64,000 nt of DNA from Tubiluchus corallicola (taxonomy: Eukaryota > Animalia > Priapulida). The position numbers and the translations under genes were made by a program. Below, piece by piece: positions 40,154 to 55,110 of this stretch. Each line of letters opens with the position of its first letter. Position 1 is the stretch's first letter. Below the pieces are notes generated by a model. It was given only the letters and a program-made list of their open reading frames with translations. It was not told the DNA's origin and searched no databases. The stretch is taken from contig JAQGDQ010000121.1 of assembly GCA_030141605.1 (NCBI GenBank), forward strand, positions 310,001 through 374,000, read 5' to 3'.

Positions 40154-41450
40154 CCTACTGCATGAGTATCAGCTGTCCGACGACGACATCAAACGAAACC
40201 TTCTGCCGATCTATCACCACACTCTCTGCAGCCGCCCTGGTAGTTCACAAAATAAAAATAATTCTTTGGCTGCTTTATTTTGTAATTAAATAATTTTTGC
40301 AAGTCAAAAAATATTCTTTATTCTGTTGATTACTAGTTAGTCAGTAATCTAAATTACTGCGTTATCAAAACTTATCTCGTACAAATATATCGTTTCAGCA
40401 ATGGGTTTCGTTCGACTGTGAACCATCATGAATTATAATACCTGAGCCTTTGATAAAATCAGTAGTAATCAAACAATGACGTTCCGATGACATTTGATCA
40501 TGAATATTTAATAAGCTGCTCAACCACGTCGCCCTCTTTCCAGAGCAATTTTGAAGAAGCTATTAATGATGAATATGAACGTTGCTGACATATGCGATTA
40601 TGAGATTAATCGTTGCATGTTGACACACCATTGAATTAACACAGGCACATTGAATTTAGCTGGAACGTCCTCAGAAGAAGCCACTGATACTTTGAAAAAA
40701 TTCTATTATTGAAACTTCTGCTCACGCGTTAGCTTCCCTTTTCACCAGAACCAAGCGCAAACTGGAGACGAGCAGTTGTGTATCTCCATAATCTCTTGCG
40801 TAGTCAACGTGCAATTCCCCATTATCCACAACATAAACACAGTGGTATGATCTACGGCCAATAGGCACAGCAGGAACAGCAGCGTTAGAAATATAATCCC
40901 AGCCGTCACGAAATGGGAAGAAAAGGAAAAAGTGTACAAGTCACGTGACTCATCACTGAGAAAACGGACCTTTCGTTTGATGTTGCTCTCGTTTGTTGTC
41001 ATCGCCGCAAAATTAAACAAACTTTCCAAAGATAATAATCAAAGGTTCCACCGGGATTGCTTCCACCAAATGTATACGCTGTGCGTACTGCTTCAAGAAG
41101 CCAAGCTTTCTTGATGACGTCATTTACCCAATTTGCTTAACTAGGATAGCATTCTTAATGCTTAAAAACTTAAAAAACAACAGAAAACTTACAACAGGAG
41201 CAAGTACAGCAGCAGATTTCAACTACCGCAACTAAGCCGTCATATCATATTCTTTCAGTTGAATCCACCATTATGAACTAGAGTGGATTACAGTAGTTTT
41301 ACAGCTGCTGACAGCGGGATGCTATTTTTAAGGCTGCTGTTTTCACTGCTCGAAGCAACAAATATCTAATTTAATTTTTAAAAAATTAGATTGTTTTGGT
41401 TTCACGGCGGCAACACGTGAAGAAAGAAAGAAAACAGGCTGGGCAATTAC

Positions 41451-41452
<2 letters not shown>

Positions 41453-41545
<93 letters not shown>
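41453..41545. repeat. (TAT)n/(TAA)n microsatellite, likely the 3' tail of the adjacent LINE
   Basis: On the minus strand it directly follows AAAAATAAAG at the 3' end of the LINE. Confidence 0.9.
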
Positions 41546-41547
<2 letters not shown>

Positions 41548-44500
41548 TTTATTTTTTAAAACTATGTACAGAATACATTCCCTCTATTTGCAGGGATATG
41601 TTTGAAATTTCTAAAAGCATTTACAACGTGTTAAACCTATTCACATATATATAATTCAAATCTAACGCATCAGACACAATGAACGACAACGAGTATATAC
41701 AATAGACATAGTTACCGTAGTTACAAATTACAATTCAACACTACATACATACATAATAAAAGTATAATAATAATATAACGAACATATTTTAATACATAGT
41801 AACAAAAATTTACACGCATTATACACAATGGAAAACAGCGAGTACAATTATAATAAACATAATTACCAATTTTAATGCAAATTCACATAATCATAAATAA
41901 AAACAAAACAGCATATAGAAAACGCGACGAGAGTTGTAAAATTTCATCACCAACAGACTATTTACATGCAGGCGAAAGACGATGCGAATTCATCCGAGAT
42001 AAGATTTGCAAAAGTATTTACAGCATTATTATCCCGGCTAGAGAAAACATAGTCTGAATCTAACGTAGGCAGAGTGCTTTTGGCTTTGTTTACTAATGTA
42101 CATTCAAATAACAAATGATGTACGGAGTGAGGCTTAATAAGCAGTTACATATGCTATTAAGAGCCTGCCAAATTTTGTACAAAAATTCCTTAAAATTTCC
42201 CTGCTTAAGTAATAAACTGAAAGCTAATTTTCTCCTGCTCAAAGAGACAGGGAATGGCATGGGCGTATTAAAAACTTTTATCGGGTTAATACGGGTGTTT
42301 GAACATTGGTATTTGTGGCGACATCTATTTGTCAACATATGCAACACATAATTGTCAATGTCAGTTTTCTTGTTTTGAAACGTAGGTGGTGGTAAAGATG
42401 CTATATCCATGTTAAGCCAGTTTATATCTTGACTGATTTTTAAAAATTCGCCTGTATAGGCTAGCAATTGACGCAAAAAGTGATTATGATTAAAATGAGG
42501 ATTTGCATGACTATTTATCAAGTGTAATTTGACAATATCACCATTTGAGGCAAATAGTACTTTCAGAATAAATTTCGCAGCTACACTTTTAAAGATTATA
42601 TCGAGGGGTGGCAGACCACAGATCAACTCTAATTTTTCACGAGAGTGGTGAAAATTACAGCCTTTTCGAGTTTTCATAACAACATATATAAGATCGTCAA
42701 AGAAGTTATGTTTGCGCACCATCCAAGCTGGAGCACCATACAAAATTATAGATAGTACAAGGGTTTTAAAGAGCAAGTACGGAGACTAAAATCTTTGCAG
42801 AGGGTACATTTTCGTTTGATTTGTAACCATCTATACCATGCTTTTTTCCTGACGTTATTGATTTGTAACTCAAAAGACAACTGCTTGTCTATAACAACAC
42901 CTAGCACCTTACTGCTGTGCACGTAATTAATGCTTTGATTCCCAATTTTCAAAATGACATTTTGGTTTTCCATGCCAAAAGGTAAAACCTCAGTTTTACC
43001 AGGTGAGCAGTTAATAACCTGTCTCCATTGTCTACACCAGATATGAAACCTATCACAGCACTGCTGTCCTAAGTTCACTACATCTGTATCTGTAGAACCC
43101 GATGCAAGGATTGTGCCGTCATCAGCAGTGTCAATGTCTGTTTAAACATATCTGACACATAGAAAATGAAAAGTAAAGGTGAGACAACCAAACCCAATCT
43201 TACAGTCACATTCACATGAAGATTAACTTCCAAGTTTAATACATACTTTTCTATTATAAAGCAAATATTTGAGTAACCCTAACATCTTTCCCTGGGTACC
43301 AGCAGAAAGAAGCCGAAAAACAAGACCGTCTAACCAGATACTATCGAGCGCACGTTGAAAATCGCAACAGATAGTCAGAGATGTGATTTTCTGTAATTGA
43401 TTTTCTTGTATACTGGAAATTAAACGCACCAAGTACCACCCGTAATTGTGATCAGACATGAATCCTTCTTGTTCTTTGTCGATAAGTCCATTTTCGAGCA
43501 TAAATTTTCTTAGACGGTTTGTAATTAGCCATTCTGCAAGTTTTCCAAAGTAAGATGATATTGTTATTGGCCTAAAACTTCCAGGATCAGTATAAGTAGC
43601 TTTATTTTCTTTTTTGATAAAGATCACTTTAAAGTGGCACCATACCCAGATACCTTGTGTCAAACATAGGTTACATAATGTAAAAAAACCGCTTTGGCCC
43701 AAAAACCAAGATGATTTAACGGATGAAAACCATCACAATCAACGCTTTTGCCAAATGTGGGAGTCTCTTTGATGGCTGAATTTAAATCATTCATGCAAAG
43801 TCAGAGTTAATTTCCTGGGGTTCATTGCTAAAGTCGTCAATACCAGTTATACTGTGTTCAACAAAAATGCGCCATCTGTCATCGAAATTAGCGTCGTGTA
43901 CATTTTCACCACTGAGAACTTTCATATAGAACTTGGCATAGATCGTTTGGATCAGTGTGAACAGACTCTTTATGAATCACCAATGCAATATCCGACTGGT
44001 TTGTATTAGTAAAAAAATTTTGTACGATTTCTAAAAACCTTGCGACACATTTAATTTAGCGCATTTTTCTTGTAACCATTTATCCGCTGCTAATTTGAGC
44101 TCTTGGTCAAAAATTGATTTTGCCTCGATATATAGGTTTTTATTTGTGAAGTTAGATATTTTCAGATACTCTTTTCTATAATGACGAACTGCATTTGATA
44201 ACATTGTTAGATTTTCCAGAATGGTTTTGAATGAGCACATATTACTTTTTTCAGTAATGTTTTTTCATTCGCTTGACCTATTAAGCTCTTGAATATATTC
44301 CAAACTACCCAAGGATCTCGCAAGAGGATAGCTGCGTTTATACGTGGAAAATGCATACGCATTTCCTCTTCCAAAACACCGCTCCAAGCATGCCAATTAC
44401 TATTTTTGAAATCAAACACAGTTCGCGCTCTGGGTGATCTATTGTGTCTGGGTGGAAGTGATATCACAGAGTTTACAACAAAATGACCCATTAGCGGTGC

Positions 44501-44910
44501 ACCAGAAAACAATTCTATATCTCTATCAACATTTTGCGTAGTTCTAAATGAGGTTAATTTATGTGTTAATAAAACAATGTCAATAATGCTTTTACCGTTT
44601 ACAGAGCAAAAAGTCTCAGTAAAAGGCGCTGTAGGTGTAATAGGGTAATTGCTGGACCAAATAAAATTATTTAAAAGACCGCCTAGTTCATTCGTCTTTA
44701 CATCCCACATGAAACTTCTTGCATTAAAATCACCCGTTGCAATTACACCATCTAAACCATGGGTTTCAACATACTGGCAAGCTTTAGCTATTGACTTTAA
44801 AACACTTTGCATATGGGAAGAGGCATTAGGCAGTACATATATTGAGGCAATGATCAATTTAAATTCAAAAAGTTTTACTAAAACCCACACAGAGTCGGTA
44901 TAGTAAAGCT
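41453..44910 (-). mobile_element. Decayed, 5'-truncated non-LTR retrotransposon (LINE; APE endonuclease + reverse transcriptase), multiple frameshifts and stops
   Basis: APE motifs in 44207-44890 (DSVWV, IASIY, TGDFNARSFMW, SIIDIVL). RT motifs: SFRPITISSYFGKLAE, QEGF, DFQRALDSIW (43223-43702); VSPLLFIFYVSD (~43150-43190); ADD at 43118-43126; KVLGVVIDKQLSF; FKTLVLSIILYGAPAW. The fragments lie in different frames. Confidence 0.93.
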
Positions 44911-45708
44911 TCCTAAAATATCGTTTTGACGTCCTAACCGGGGAAAGTGACTAGAGAAAATAGACGACCTGAAAACACTAAGTGATTCTTTCATTTAACA
45001 TTTTTAAGCTACCTGACGAACCGCCCGACTAAGTGACTGAACGTTGGTGACTTGCAGACGAAATCAGGCGACTGGGTATCATCATCATCATTAGCCTCAC
45101 CATCATCATCGTCGCCACGCTCATCATCATCTTCTTCTGTTGTTGTTGTTCTACTTCTCCTTCTTCATCGTCATCTGCGTCGTCAATACCACTACCATCT
45201 CCATTATCATCACCACCATAAATTATTGACATTTTGATTCTTTTGTGTTGTGGCTTGTGAGTTTTTTATACCATGTGCCTATTAATGCTGGCCTATTTTT
45301 ATTTCATTGGAATTAGTAATTTTCTACTACTACTTTGAACTATCAGTAACGTTCTGTCCCTTTAAAAGTATTCACTGAAAATTTTGCTCCGCCTTGTAGC
45401 TCCGTCCACATGCGTTTTACCGTACAGCAATACATACCGAATCCCTGTAAACTCCCGTTACTCCTGTAAAATGGTTGTGTCAGTTCAACCATGTTATCAC
45501 TTTCTGGTTTTGAATTACACATTTTGAACACTTACTGATTCAGGATGACACTAGACTAGCCAGGTGTTGAAACGTCTATAGCCTTGTTTTTAATAATATA
45601 TATTATGCAGTTGTTCTGTGTTTGAAATTAAACGATGCTGCCGCAACAGGGCATCCTTAACAGGGCCTATATTTTTGCAATAGTATTATAGTTGGTTATT
45701 TTCCACTT

Positions 45709-45709
<1 letters not shown>

Positions 45710-45745
<36 letters not shown>

Positions 45746-45766
45746 GTGATAATAATAATAATAATG

Positions 45767-45839
<73 letters not shown>

Positions 45840-45875
45840 CAACAACAATAACAACAACAACAGTAATAATAATAC
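45710..45875. repeat. (TAA)n/(CAA)n microsatellite
   Basis: Directly visible. Confidence 0.95.
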
Positions 45876-48261
45876 AAGCTTCTGGGTATTACCCACTTCA
45901 CTTTTATATCCGAAGTGGTCCACAAGTTTTCAGGTTCTGAAGTTTTTATTTTCACGTACCATGCACGGGTATATCAATAATTGCTAAGACTAATATTGTT
46001 GTTGTATCAGAATAATTTACCATGAGACATCAAATTTCAAAACTGTACTTCTCCCAAATGCGAATTGAATCAAATGATACGATTCCAACGCGATGCGCAT
46101 CACCCTATAAGATTTGAATATACTTGCAGTGCATTGCGGGTACTCGTTTGCAAAATTTAACTACGTATTGTAAAAATTAAGCTGAATAAATTTAAATGCG
46201 TAAAGTTTAATAGCAATGAGATTAGGTTTTTGTTTCATATATTAGGCATTACTGGAATATCCTGGATGTTCGCTCACTGGTACCATTTTCTTTAGGCCTG
46301 CTATAATAAATACTAACGAAATGCGTTTTCTAGCTCACAAACCGGCAATGCTTGGATTCGAACCAACAAAGTCGGTATTACAATACTATTATATCAGTTA
46401 TCCACAGGGTTTTCTTTGCACGTGCATATTTACTTAGCACACGCAGTTTGCTAATGATAACCTCACAAAGTGGGTATACCTGTAAAACATTTATTAGCAG
46501 CCTGAGTTCTTGATGGCTATTTTACTTATTTTTTGCAAACAGTGATACAATACAGAGCTGCTCTAAATATATATTACTAAACAGAGTGGAACCAAACTGT
46601 TCTGTCAGTGTTGTAATTGTAGCAGTACTTGAACTACTCTCTTTATACATGTATGCATTTGTTTATGGTCTTGTTGCTGGCAATTAGAGAGGCCTAAATT
46701 GTTCTAACTGAAGATCGATAATTATAATCAGAGAATGTAATACCCGCTTAGGAAAATATTTTAAATTTTTAATATTTTAATTTAAATATTTACAAATTTA
46801 AGCATGTAAAAAATTGTATTAAACATGCTCTCGGATGCCCTCAAAATGCCGTGAAATGCAGAAGAGATAGAAAGAAATTCTTTTTTGAACATTATCTGCA
46901 AAGAAAAGTTGATTAAAATATCTTTTAAGATCTACGAAAACATTGTAAATACTTATTTGTTTTAACCAATTTAAGTTCTTCTATAACAAGCAATTATTTT
47001 GCTTTACAAAAGTGCTTACACGGAAAATGTTACAAGTTATAACAGATCTGTTACCTACATCTAAGTAAGTGCTATCCACCAGGAGATAGGTTTCACTAGT
47101 TCATTAAAACATTTTAAAGTATTTTCAAAGGGGATATTTTATGGAACTCTAACAAAATATCGACTCCATCTCTTTTTGATAGTTTTTGACCATGCTTTTA
47201 TAGCCATCAGCTGTTGAAAGCTAAACTAAGGGGCTCTTCGAGGAAAAATGTTGTTGATACCTCAACTGTAAGAATTAGATTCAATTAGCTTTAGTAATTA
47301 AACTTTATTACAGTTGCTGCTTCAAACGTCTATTTTAAGTAAAATTAATTGATTAGGCCTATACTATACTGTTATACTATTGATTAGGCCTGCCATAAAT
47401 AGTAAGTTAACAACATTTTTATGACGCCACCTGTGACGTACACAAAAAGTGACATATTAATATTCACAGACAATTAAATGCATGGCAGAATTTAGTGAAT
47501 AGCAGACAAAGCTTTATAAGTAAACGGATTTACAGAATATCTTATGTATAATATATATGCCAGTACACATTAAATACTCTTGCTTGGAAGGAAGAATCTC
47601 TGTTAAAAACTATACTAAAAAATTGAGCTAACAATGGTAAGTAAAGTATTGCAATGGTCAATTTTTGTATTAGAAAGTAAAAGAGAAGTTATTTCTAAAT
47701 ATCGAGAAGAATTTTGTTGTGGACGTGTAGGTGAAGATGTATGGTATTGTGATTGTCTAGTGCAAAGTACGCAGCTTGTACAAACATATCCAGGATTAAT
47801 GATACTATTCTGCCGTTGTCTCCACTGCCCGCTCTTCAAATGTGCCGCTGAAAGGTCTTCCGATTTACACGTGCCAGAAAAAAAAACAGAAACTGATAGA
47901 CCAGAAAAAAGCAAAGAAAGCAAATGAAGCAAAGATGGAGTTGAGGTCCAGAAAGAAAAATAGAATTCTCGCGGAAAGCAAGATAATAAACCAAATACGA
48001 TTATGACAGTATAATTATGGTTAGCAAAATTTTGGAGGAGTGGAACCAGGGTCACGCACTATGCAGGCTTATTTTAAATCTCAACAAGAATTAACATCAT
48101 GATAGCAAAATCAGGATATTTAACCAGCGGTAACACTAAGTAACATTTTCATAATATGATTTTGTGTAAGACAGCAGTTTGCTCACTTTGTAGGGCTTCT
48201 TCAATCTTCAAATGTTTACACAAATGACATGCTCTGCAAAACGAGACTCGTAAAAAACATT

Positions 48262-48485
48262 GAATAAATTCCATCACCACTTTTTATTTCATTTTCATTT
48301 TTTTACATTCACATTTAACAAAAAACATACACTGAATAAATTCCCTAAATTAATTTCAGCCATTTTTTATTTCATTTTCATTGTTTGCATCCTCATTTAA
48401 CAAAAAAACGTACACTTCGAATAAATTCCACCAAATTAATTTCACAATTTTTTATTTAGTTTTCATTTTTTGCCTTCGCATTTTT
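48262..48485. repeat. Degenerate minisatellite, 3 copies of ~70-85 bp
   Basis: Units start GAATAAATTCC at ~48262, ~48334 and ~48419 and share TTTTTATTT..TTTCATT..CATTT. Confidence 0.8.
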
Positions 48486-50030
48486 CAAGCCGGTTCAACT
48501 TTCAAGTATAGACTCTTTCAAGCTTGAAGACACTATTTAAAGCTATAGTACTATTTTACAATAATTTTTACAAAAAAAAACAAGAAGAAACAAAATTACA
48601 AGTGAAATTGGTAATTCTGTGCTTAGTTTCACAGTGCTACCGACTTCAGCTTTTCATAAAAGGTCAAAATAAGCTAAATTTTACCTCAATGGTATCCTAT
48701 ATACGATCAAACAATTACACAGGTTTCGAATTACTGTACGATATAAGCACAACAATATGCATTCACACAATTAAGTTTCGAAAAAATTTTAATTTTCCAC
48801 TGGAAACGGAAAGGTGTACAGGAAACAATATGAATTTCAATTATTTAGCATGTGGGACGCAAAACCGCAAAAATACTGACGTATTTTTAACTATTTATTA
48901 TTTTCCAAATTACGCAAACCGTTTAGTAATTAATGATACAATGACATGGAGATATATCGAAGTTTTGCAAAAATATTTTTGTATTTAAAGTTGAAAGATA
49001 CGCATTATATTCACAGCCATCGGCTACAACTGCGCTATGCCAAACAGAGGGGGAAAGAGGTACAAGTGCAGGAAATTTTTGTATCTGTAACTATCTCTCA
49101 CAAAATGTACTTCTAAAATCCGGCACAAATTGTCAGACTTTCATTTATCCCACTGCAATCCGTTCTGCTTCCTCTTGCTCTCTTTTTCTGAAACGCAAAT
49201 TATGTATTGTGAATTTGTGACCAATAATGAATATGCCTATTGTATATAAAAATTAAAACGTGATAGCCTCTAACAACATAACTAATCCATCGAATATTAG
49301 TATTATCAGTAAAACATCAGCTACCGTACACTTCCAGGAAATTTATCAAAAATCATTTGTCAGTATAAGCTGGTATAAGTGTCAGCGTCTACACTTAAAA
49401 TGAGTGCCAATGAAGTAAAATAGCATAATTACGATTACAAACTATAAAAACGTTTTCCACATAAACTAGAAAAGACAACAGAAGTAATTTAAACACTATA
49501 GTTAATTTGTCCACAACCGTTGAAATAATATTCATTGTCACGCCGACAGCAGTTGGAGCCTGTGACTATCTTTCTGGCTAACTGTCCGTCCGTCTGTTCA
49601 GTCCACATAACAAAATAAAAACTGATGAAGTTATAATTACCTAACTTATTAGTAAACAATTTTACCAAACATTCAGGACATGTATGGTAAAGGATAGTTT
49701 AAAAATGCGGTCCCTTTGTTGTAGGATTATTAATTACTTTCAGTTACTGCTATGAATTTTTGTCATCAGTTTGAGCTAAATACGGTAACACCTTAAATGA
49801 ATTTTCTTTGTGAAATCTGTTTCCCAAGCCATGTGTTTTTTCTTCTTTTTCTTATATGTTGATTATTTTCAATACGTTGATTATTTTCTTATTTTTGCTG
49901 TACTGGCACCATTCCCCCGCTGCAAAAATAGTACCAACAACAAATACTCCCACCTAATTGGGATAGATCCTCCTTGATCTATCCAATATCAATGTATAGT
50001 CACAGGGTTGAAAATGCCAACTCATACATT

Positions 50031-50425
<395 letters not shown>

Positions 50426-53400
50426 AGAAACTGAGAAGCGTAATCTGCAATTACAGTTACAGCTCACTAAATTGACGTTTATTTTGGTTTTGAACTTGAA
50501 ACGTATTTCCTTCTCCGAAATGAACTATTTGGCAACAAGTAACGTGTTGATTTATATTTCAACTTTCTGGAGTTAATTTATGTTTTAACTGGCTGTCGTG
50601 GCTGATGAACAAGTGATTCAAACCGAGAGCTCAATAACAGCGTACTGGACTGGGTAGTGACGTCAAGCATATTGGTCAATCGCTCCGCCTCCGGTGTGAC
50701 GTAACCATGCCCAGCGTCATTCGAGACAGCAGCTCACGCTGGATAACAACTGTCTTTAGTAAACAACATGACAACTAATGTCTAATCAGCAGATAAACTG
50801 ATTGTGCTGTTTCATACACGTAAATTTGCAGAGCAGCAGTTATTTTTACACGAAACTAACAGTTCTATTAGCTAAAATGACTTTTCAGTTGAAACAGAAT
50901 GTAGAAGCAAAGTTTCAGAGCACTACAAAATGCAGAGTATTATTATAAGGTATTATAACAAGTATTATTACAAAAAAACAAAGCCAGTTAGCCTTGCTTT
51001 AAGCTAAATAAGACAAAAATATTAAGTGCCTCTTGCCTTTGAGCATACGAACATATCATGCCTGCGATGTATTTTTCCTATTTTTAACTGATCACGTGCT
51101 CATCTGCAAGATTTATCCAGTTTTTGTATTTTTCCGTATGTTTGACGATGGAAATGGAATAAATTTGATTGTTCCATTTCATAGACGACCCTCATATCGA
51201 TTGCCCCAGTTACATAAATCCTAATCGATCTTTTAATCATGATTATAACCAGAAAAATAACGTAAAATTAACTAATATCACGCTGATATATAATATAAAT
51301 TTTGACCTCATTTGAATTAATTTTGACCGTGGAGATCTCATTGAGGTTTATAAAACCTGGCCAGAAAAGAAAACATTTTAGCTGAAAAATTTCTGAAAAC
51401 ATTTTGCCTAAATATGAGGTTTCTACGAGTGCGCTCGCTTACTCATAATCATGACAGTTGCTAGGGATTCCCGTGGGTGAACTCAACTCTGCCACTGGGC
51501 CTCAACTATTGCTAACCAAAGCAGACTAGCTCATTTTCTACAACCGACCCAAACCTACTTAAAGGTACGCAGGCTGTATTTTTTGCATGCGGGTTAACCT
51601 TGAGTCATTTACACTGCTAACTCGGGCTTTAATGATCTGAAGTTATAAATTTCTTTAGTTCATTAAGAACTAGATCATCTAGATCATTAAGTGTTGACGT
51701 TTGCGAACATTAAAACAGCGTCATGTGAGCGGTCTAACCTCGTTAGGTTAATTTGTCGTTTTTTAAAGTTAATAAAATAGTTGTTTTTATCTAACTTGCA
51801 AAGTCATAAACTAAACTGAACTGCGATTTTACTGATAGCAAAACGGTTTAAACAGCAACTCATATACGTAAGCGTTGTGTATTTCTTCCTATAATAAACG
51901 AAACGAGACTATATATTTCCATTAATTCACTTGCAATTTGAACCGACAATAACAAAATCTAGAACCAGGCCAATATTTGTCCAGCTAACTAATGAAAAGT
52001 TGAGCATTTTCATTAACAGTATTAGATGCCCGGCAATACGTAACTGCAGCTAAACGTCCCGAACATACCCGTGTTAAGTCAGCTTTGCAGGGGTGTGAAA
52101 ATCTTGCACGCTGATTGGGCAGTCAACGAGAATGATTGACGTTATACTTGACGTCACCCGGCTTACACTGTAACATCTTTAGTTAACTATGCTGTCAATA
52201 GCCGTTTTACCTCTATTTATTTATTTATTCATTTATTGCTAGTGTTAATGTGACATTCCCAGTGAACCGGCTCAACATCTTTTTCCAACTAGATAAAGAA
52301 CCGGGTGAACTTATGGCAGAGGCTAGAAGCACTTTACCAGTATGTAGCCACATATTACAGGTCTATAAAGCAATCATTGTTGCTGCTACATACATAAAGT
52401 TCATTTATACACTTTCGTTCACATTAGCACAGACCCTCACGTGCAAAAATCGTTAATATTACGCTCTGCTTGTACTTTCTTGCTGCTGCGGTTTTAATGG
52501 AAAAATACGAGGAATCTACAACGCTTCTTCTTTTTTTCAACAGATGGCACCACTCGCTTTACGTAGTAAATAAATATAAAGGTACCCTATTCAAGTACGA
52601 AGCGGTAAACATAGACATCGCCTTTACAGCATCTAAGTCATCAATATTATTAACAATTTTATTAAACCTAAGGTTAGGGTTAGGTTTAGGATGGGCTTTA
52701 GCAAACATTAAAAAATACTGCAACTTTATAAAGTTTAATAATGCTCGCCTATCATTCTTATCAAACCATTACATGCGCAGCAACACCGATACCTCTACAA
52801 TGTACTTATTATTATAGTGATTAGTGATAGGACTTACATATTATTATAGTGATTGGACTTACGTTACATTTGATGTTAATTCCTTCGTTATCTTTCCATG
52901 AAAAAAAAACGTCTTCACTTACATCTCCTCGGGCGCAATTGATGTCCCAGACCAAGGCGGGCTACAGATGGAATAAAAAAATAACTTTTTATAAAAGTTT
53001 ATAAAAGATATGCAAATTTTAGAATACAACTTGTCGAAGAATTTCTACCGAAAAAGCTAAATACGTATTTGCTTTGTGTGCGAAATATAATAATAATAAT
53101 ACAGTGTTTTACGGTCATTTCAAAAATACAAGATTCAGTATAACGTGCAATTAAAAATAAAAAGAATCTGGTTTACTTAGCAATAAAAGTGATATTAAAA
53201 CGTCCCAAATGAAAATTTGTGAGAGGTTCTTACTGGTACATTCATCCAAGATAATGACATCAGTGCAGCTTTGCCCTTCAAATTGCTGAAAGTAATTACT
53301 ATGCCAGACTCATCAACATACGATTCAAAGTCGATTGCATTGACTTCCACATTCACCTTAAAACAATTTGATAAAGTATTTAGCTACGACGTTAAAGCTG

Positions 53401-54687
53401 GTTTCAATTCAAATTGTTCTTATTAATGTTTTTTTGAAATTTTCAAAAAAACATTTAACAAATTTTATAAATTGTTTCATTTAAGCTTCCGGTTCCAACA
53501 CATGTTATTCACCCACAACTATGACTCTTATTCCCAAAATTGCTACCTGCCATGTCCACAAACCCAATTAAGTGATAACACAGTGAACACACAGATTAGC
53601 GACTAAAACGAACACTTCAATAGAAGAAATTTCAGGAAATATTGATATGTGCCCATAACTTCACTTAATATACCACCATTTAAGTTATTCCAAAATCACA
53701 TGCATTTGTACTGTATTTGAAGTCCTCAACGGTTCCTACAGCACCTAAAAACGTAAACCAGGATTTCCAGCCACAAAAGTGCAAAGGTAGGGGAAAACAC
53801 ACAGGACACTTGGATTTTTTAAAATACGTCCAGGTCACACATTCGTCATAGAACAGGAACTCGCTAAAAGTTCGCAATCTTTAATTTGCAGTAAAATCAA
53901 TCACAGTTATCCTGTATTCTCAGACTTATACGTACATACAGGTATTGCACTTTATACCAAACCATCCGGTTTCGGGAACTGCCAGACAATAGAACAAAGT
54001 TAAATACAACTGTGTAGCTTTGTGTTGTGTGTGTTTAGATTCTCTCTGTATATGATGATCTTCAAAGTCTTCGACTGAGGTTTCAGTAACCCTCATACTG
54101 AAATGCCGACGAGGGCATCCCAGACTCTCAAGATTTAGAAGCTTGCAAAGTACGCCTATACTGGTGTGAAAATGTGACAAACACAAGAAAACATGCCGGA
54201 ACTAGATTTGCAAAATCTTATTCTTCGAAATAAGGGCACCTTTTCTAAGTCAAAATTTCAATTTTAAATTACTACCTAGTAACAACAACAATAGCAAGCA
54301 GTGGCAGCAGTAGCAATAGCAAAACAACACCAACCAGCACCACCTCCATACCCAGTAGTAGCAGCATCAACATCAGCGACAACAGCAACAACAACAGTCA
54401 TTATGATAACAACAACAACAACAAATATAACAGCCTTTACTCAGCACATCTTTAATTTACCACTTCTTCCCAGTCAATCCAGATGTACAATTTTTGCTTT
54501 TTTTTCTTAGGTTCTGCTGTAAACACGTGAAGAACATGTCCATGTCCTTCCCCTGTGTCTTTCAGTACGCGGTGTATATCAGCATCTATGTACCTAAAAG
54601 TATTGCACTGAGAATAGAAATTAAGTTCCACATCACATACCTGTTTTTGCCAAAACACTCACAAACTTAAGCTAGTTTTTTAGCTTT

Positions 54688-54688
54688 A

Positions 54689-54784
<96 letters not shown>
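54688..54784. repeat. (TCTG)n microsatellite
   Basis: Directly visible. Confidence 0.95.
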
Positions 54785-54785
<1 letters not shown>

Positions 54786-54949
54786 TTTCTCACTTCTTTA
54801 TTTATCCCACAATAAAAAAATTCTTTATTGCATGACTTTTTTAATCAAAACTTTTTTAATAGTAGGTTCACGTGCTATTTATTCGTTTACTTATTTATTT
54901 TACGCATTTAATTGTTGTTTGCTTAATTATCTGAATATTTGTTTGTTTT

Positions 54950-55010
54950 CTTATTTATTTATTCATACATTTATTTATTTGTTCATTTATTTATTTATTT
55001 ATTTATCTAT

Positions 55011-55101
<91 letters not shown>

Positions 55102-55110
55102 TTTTATTTA
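54950..55110. repeat. (TTTA)n microsatellite
   Basis: Directly visible. Confidence 0.95.

Noticed and set aside
45686-45955. Poly-Y/I/L ORFs
   Set aside because: Translation of the (TAA)n microsatellite.
48262-48485. Repeat-spacer-like appearance (CRISPR-like)
   Set aside because: Eukaryotic context, and the sequences between the conserved heads are themselves homologous, so this is a minisatellite.
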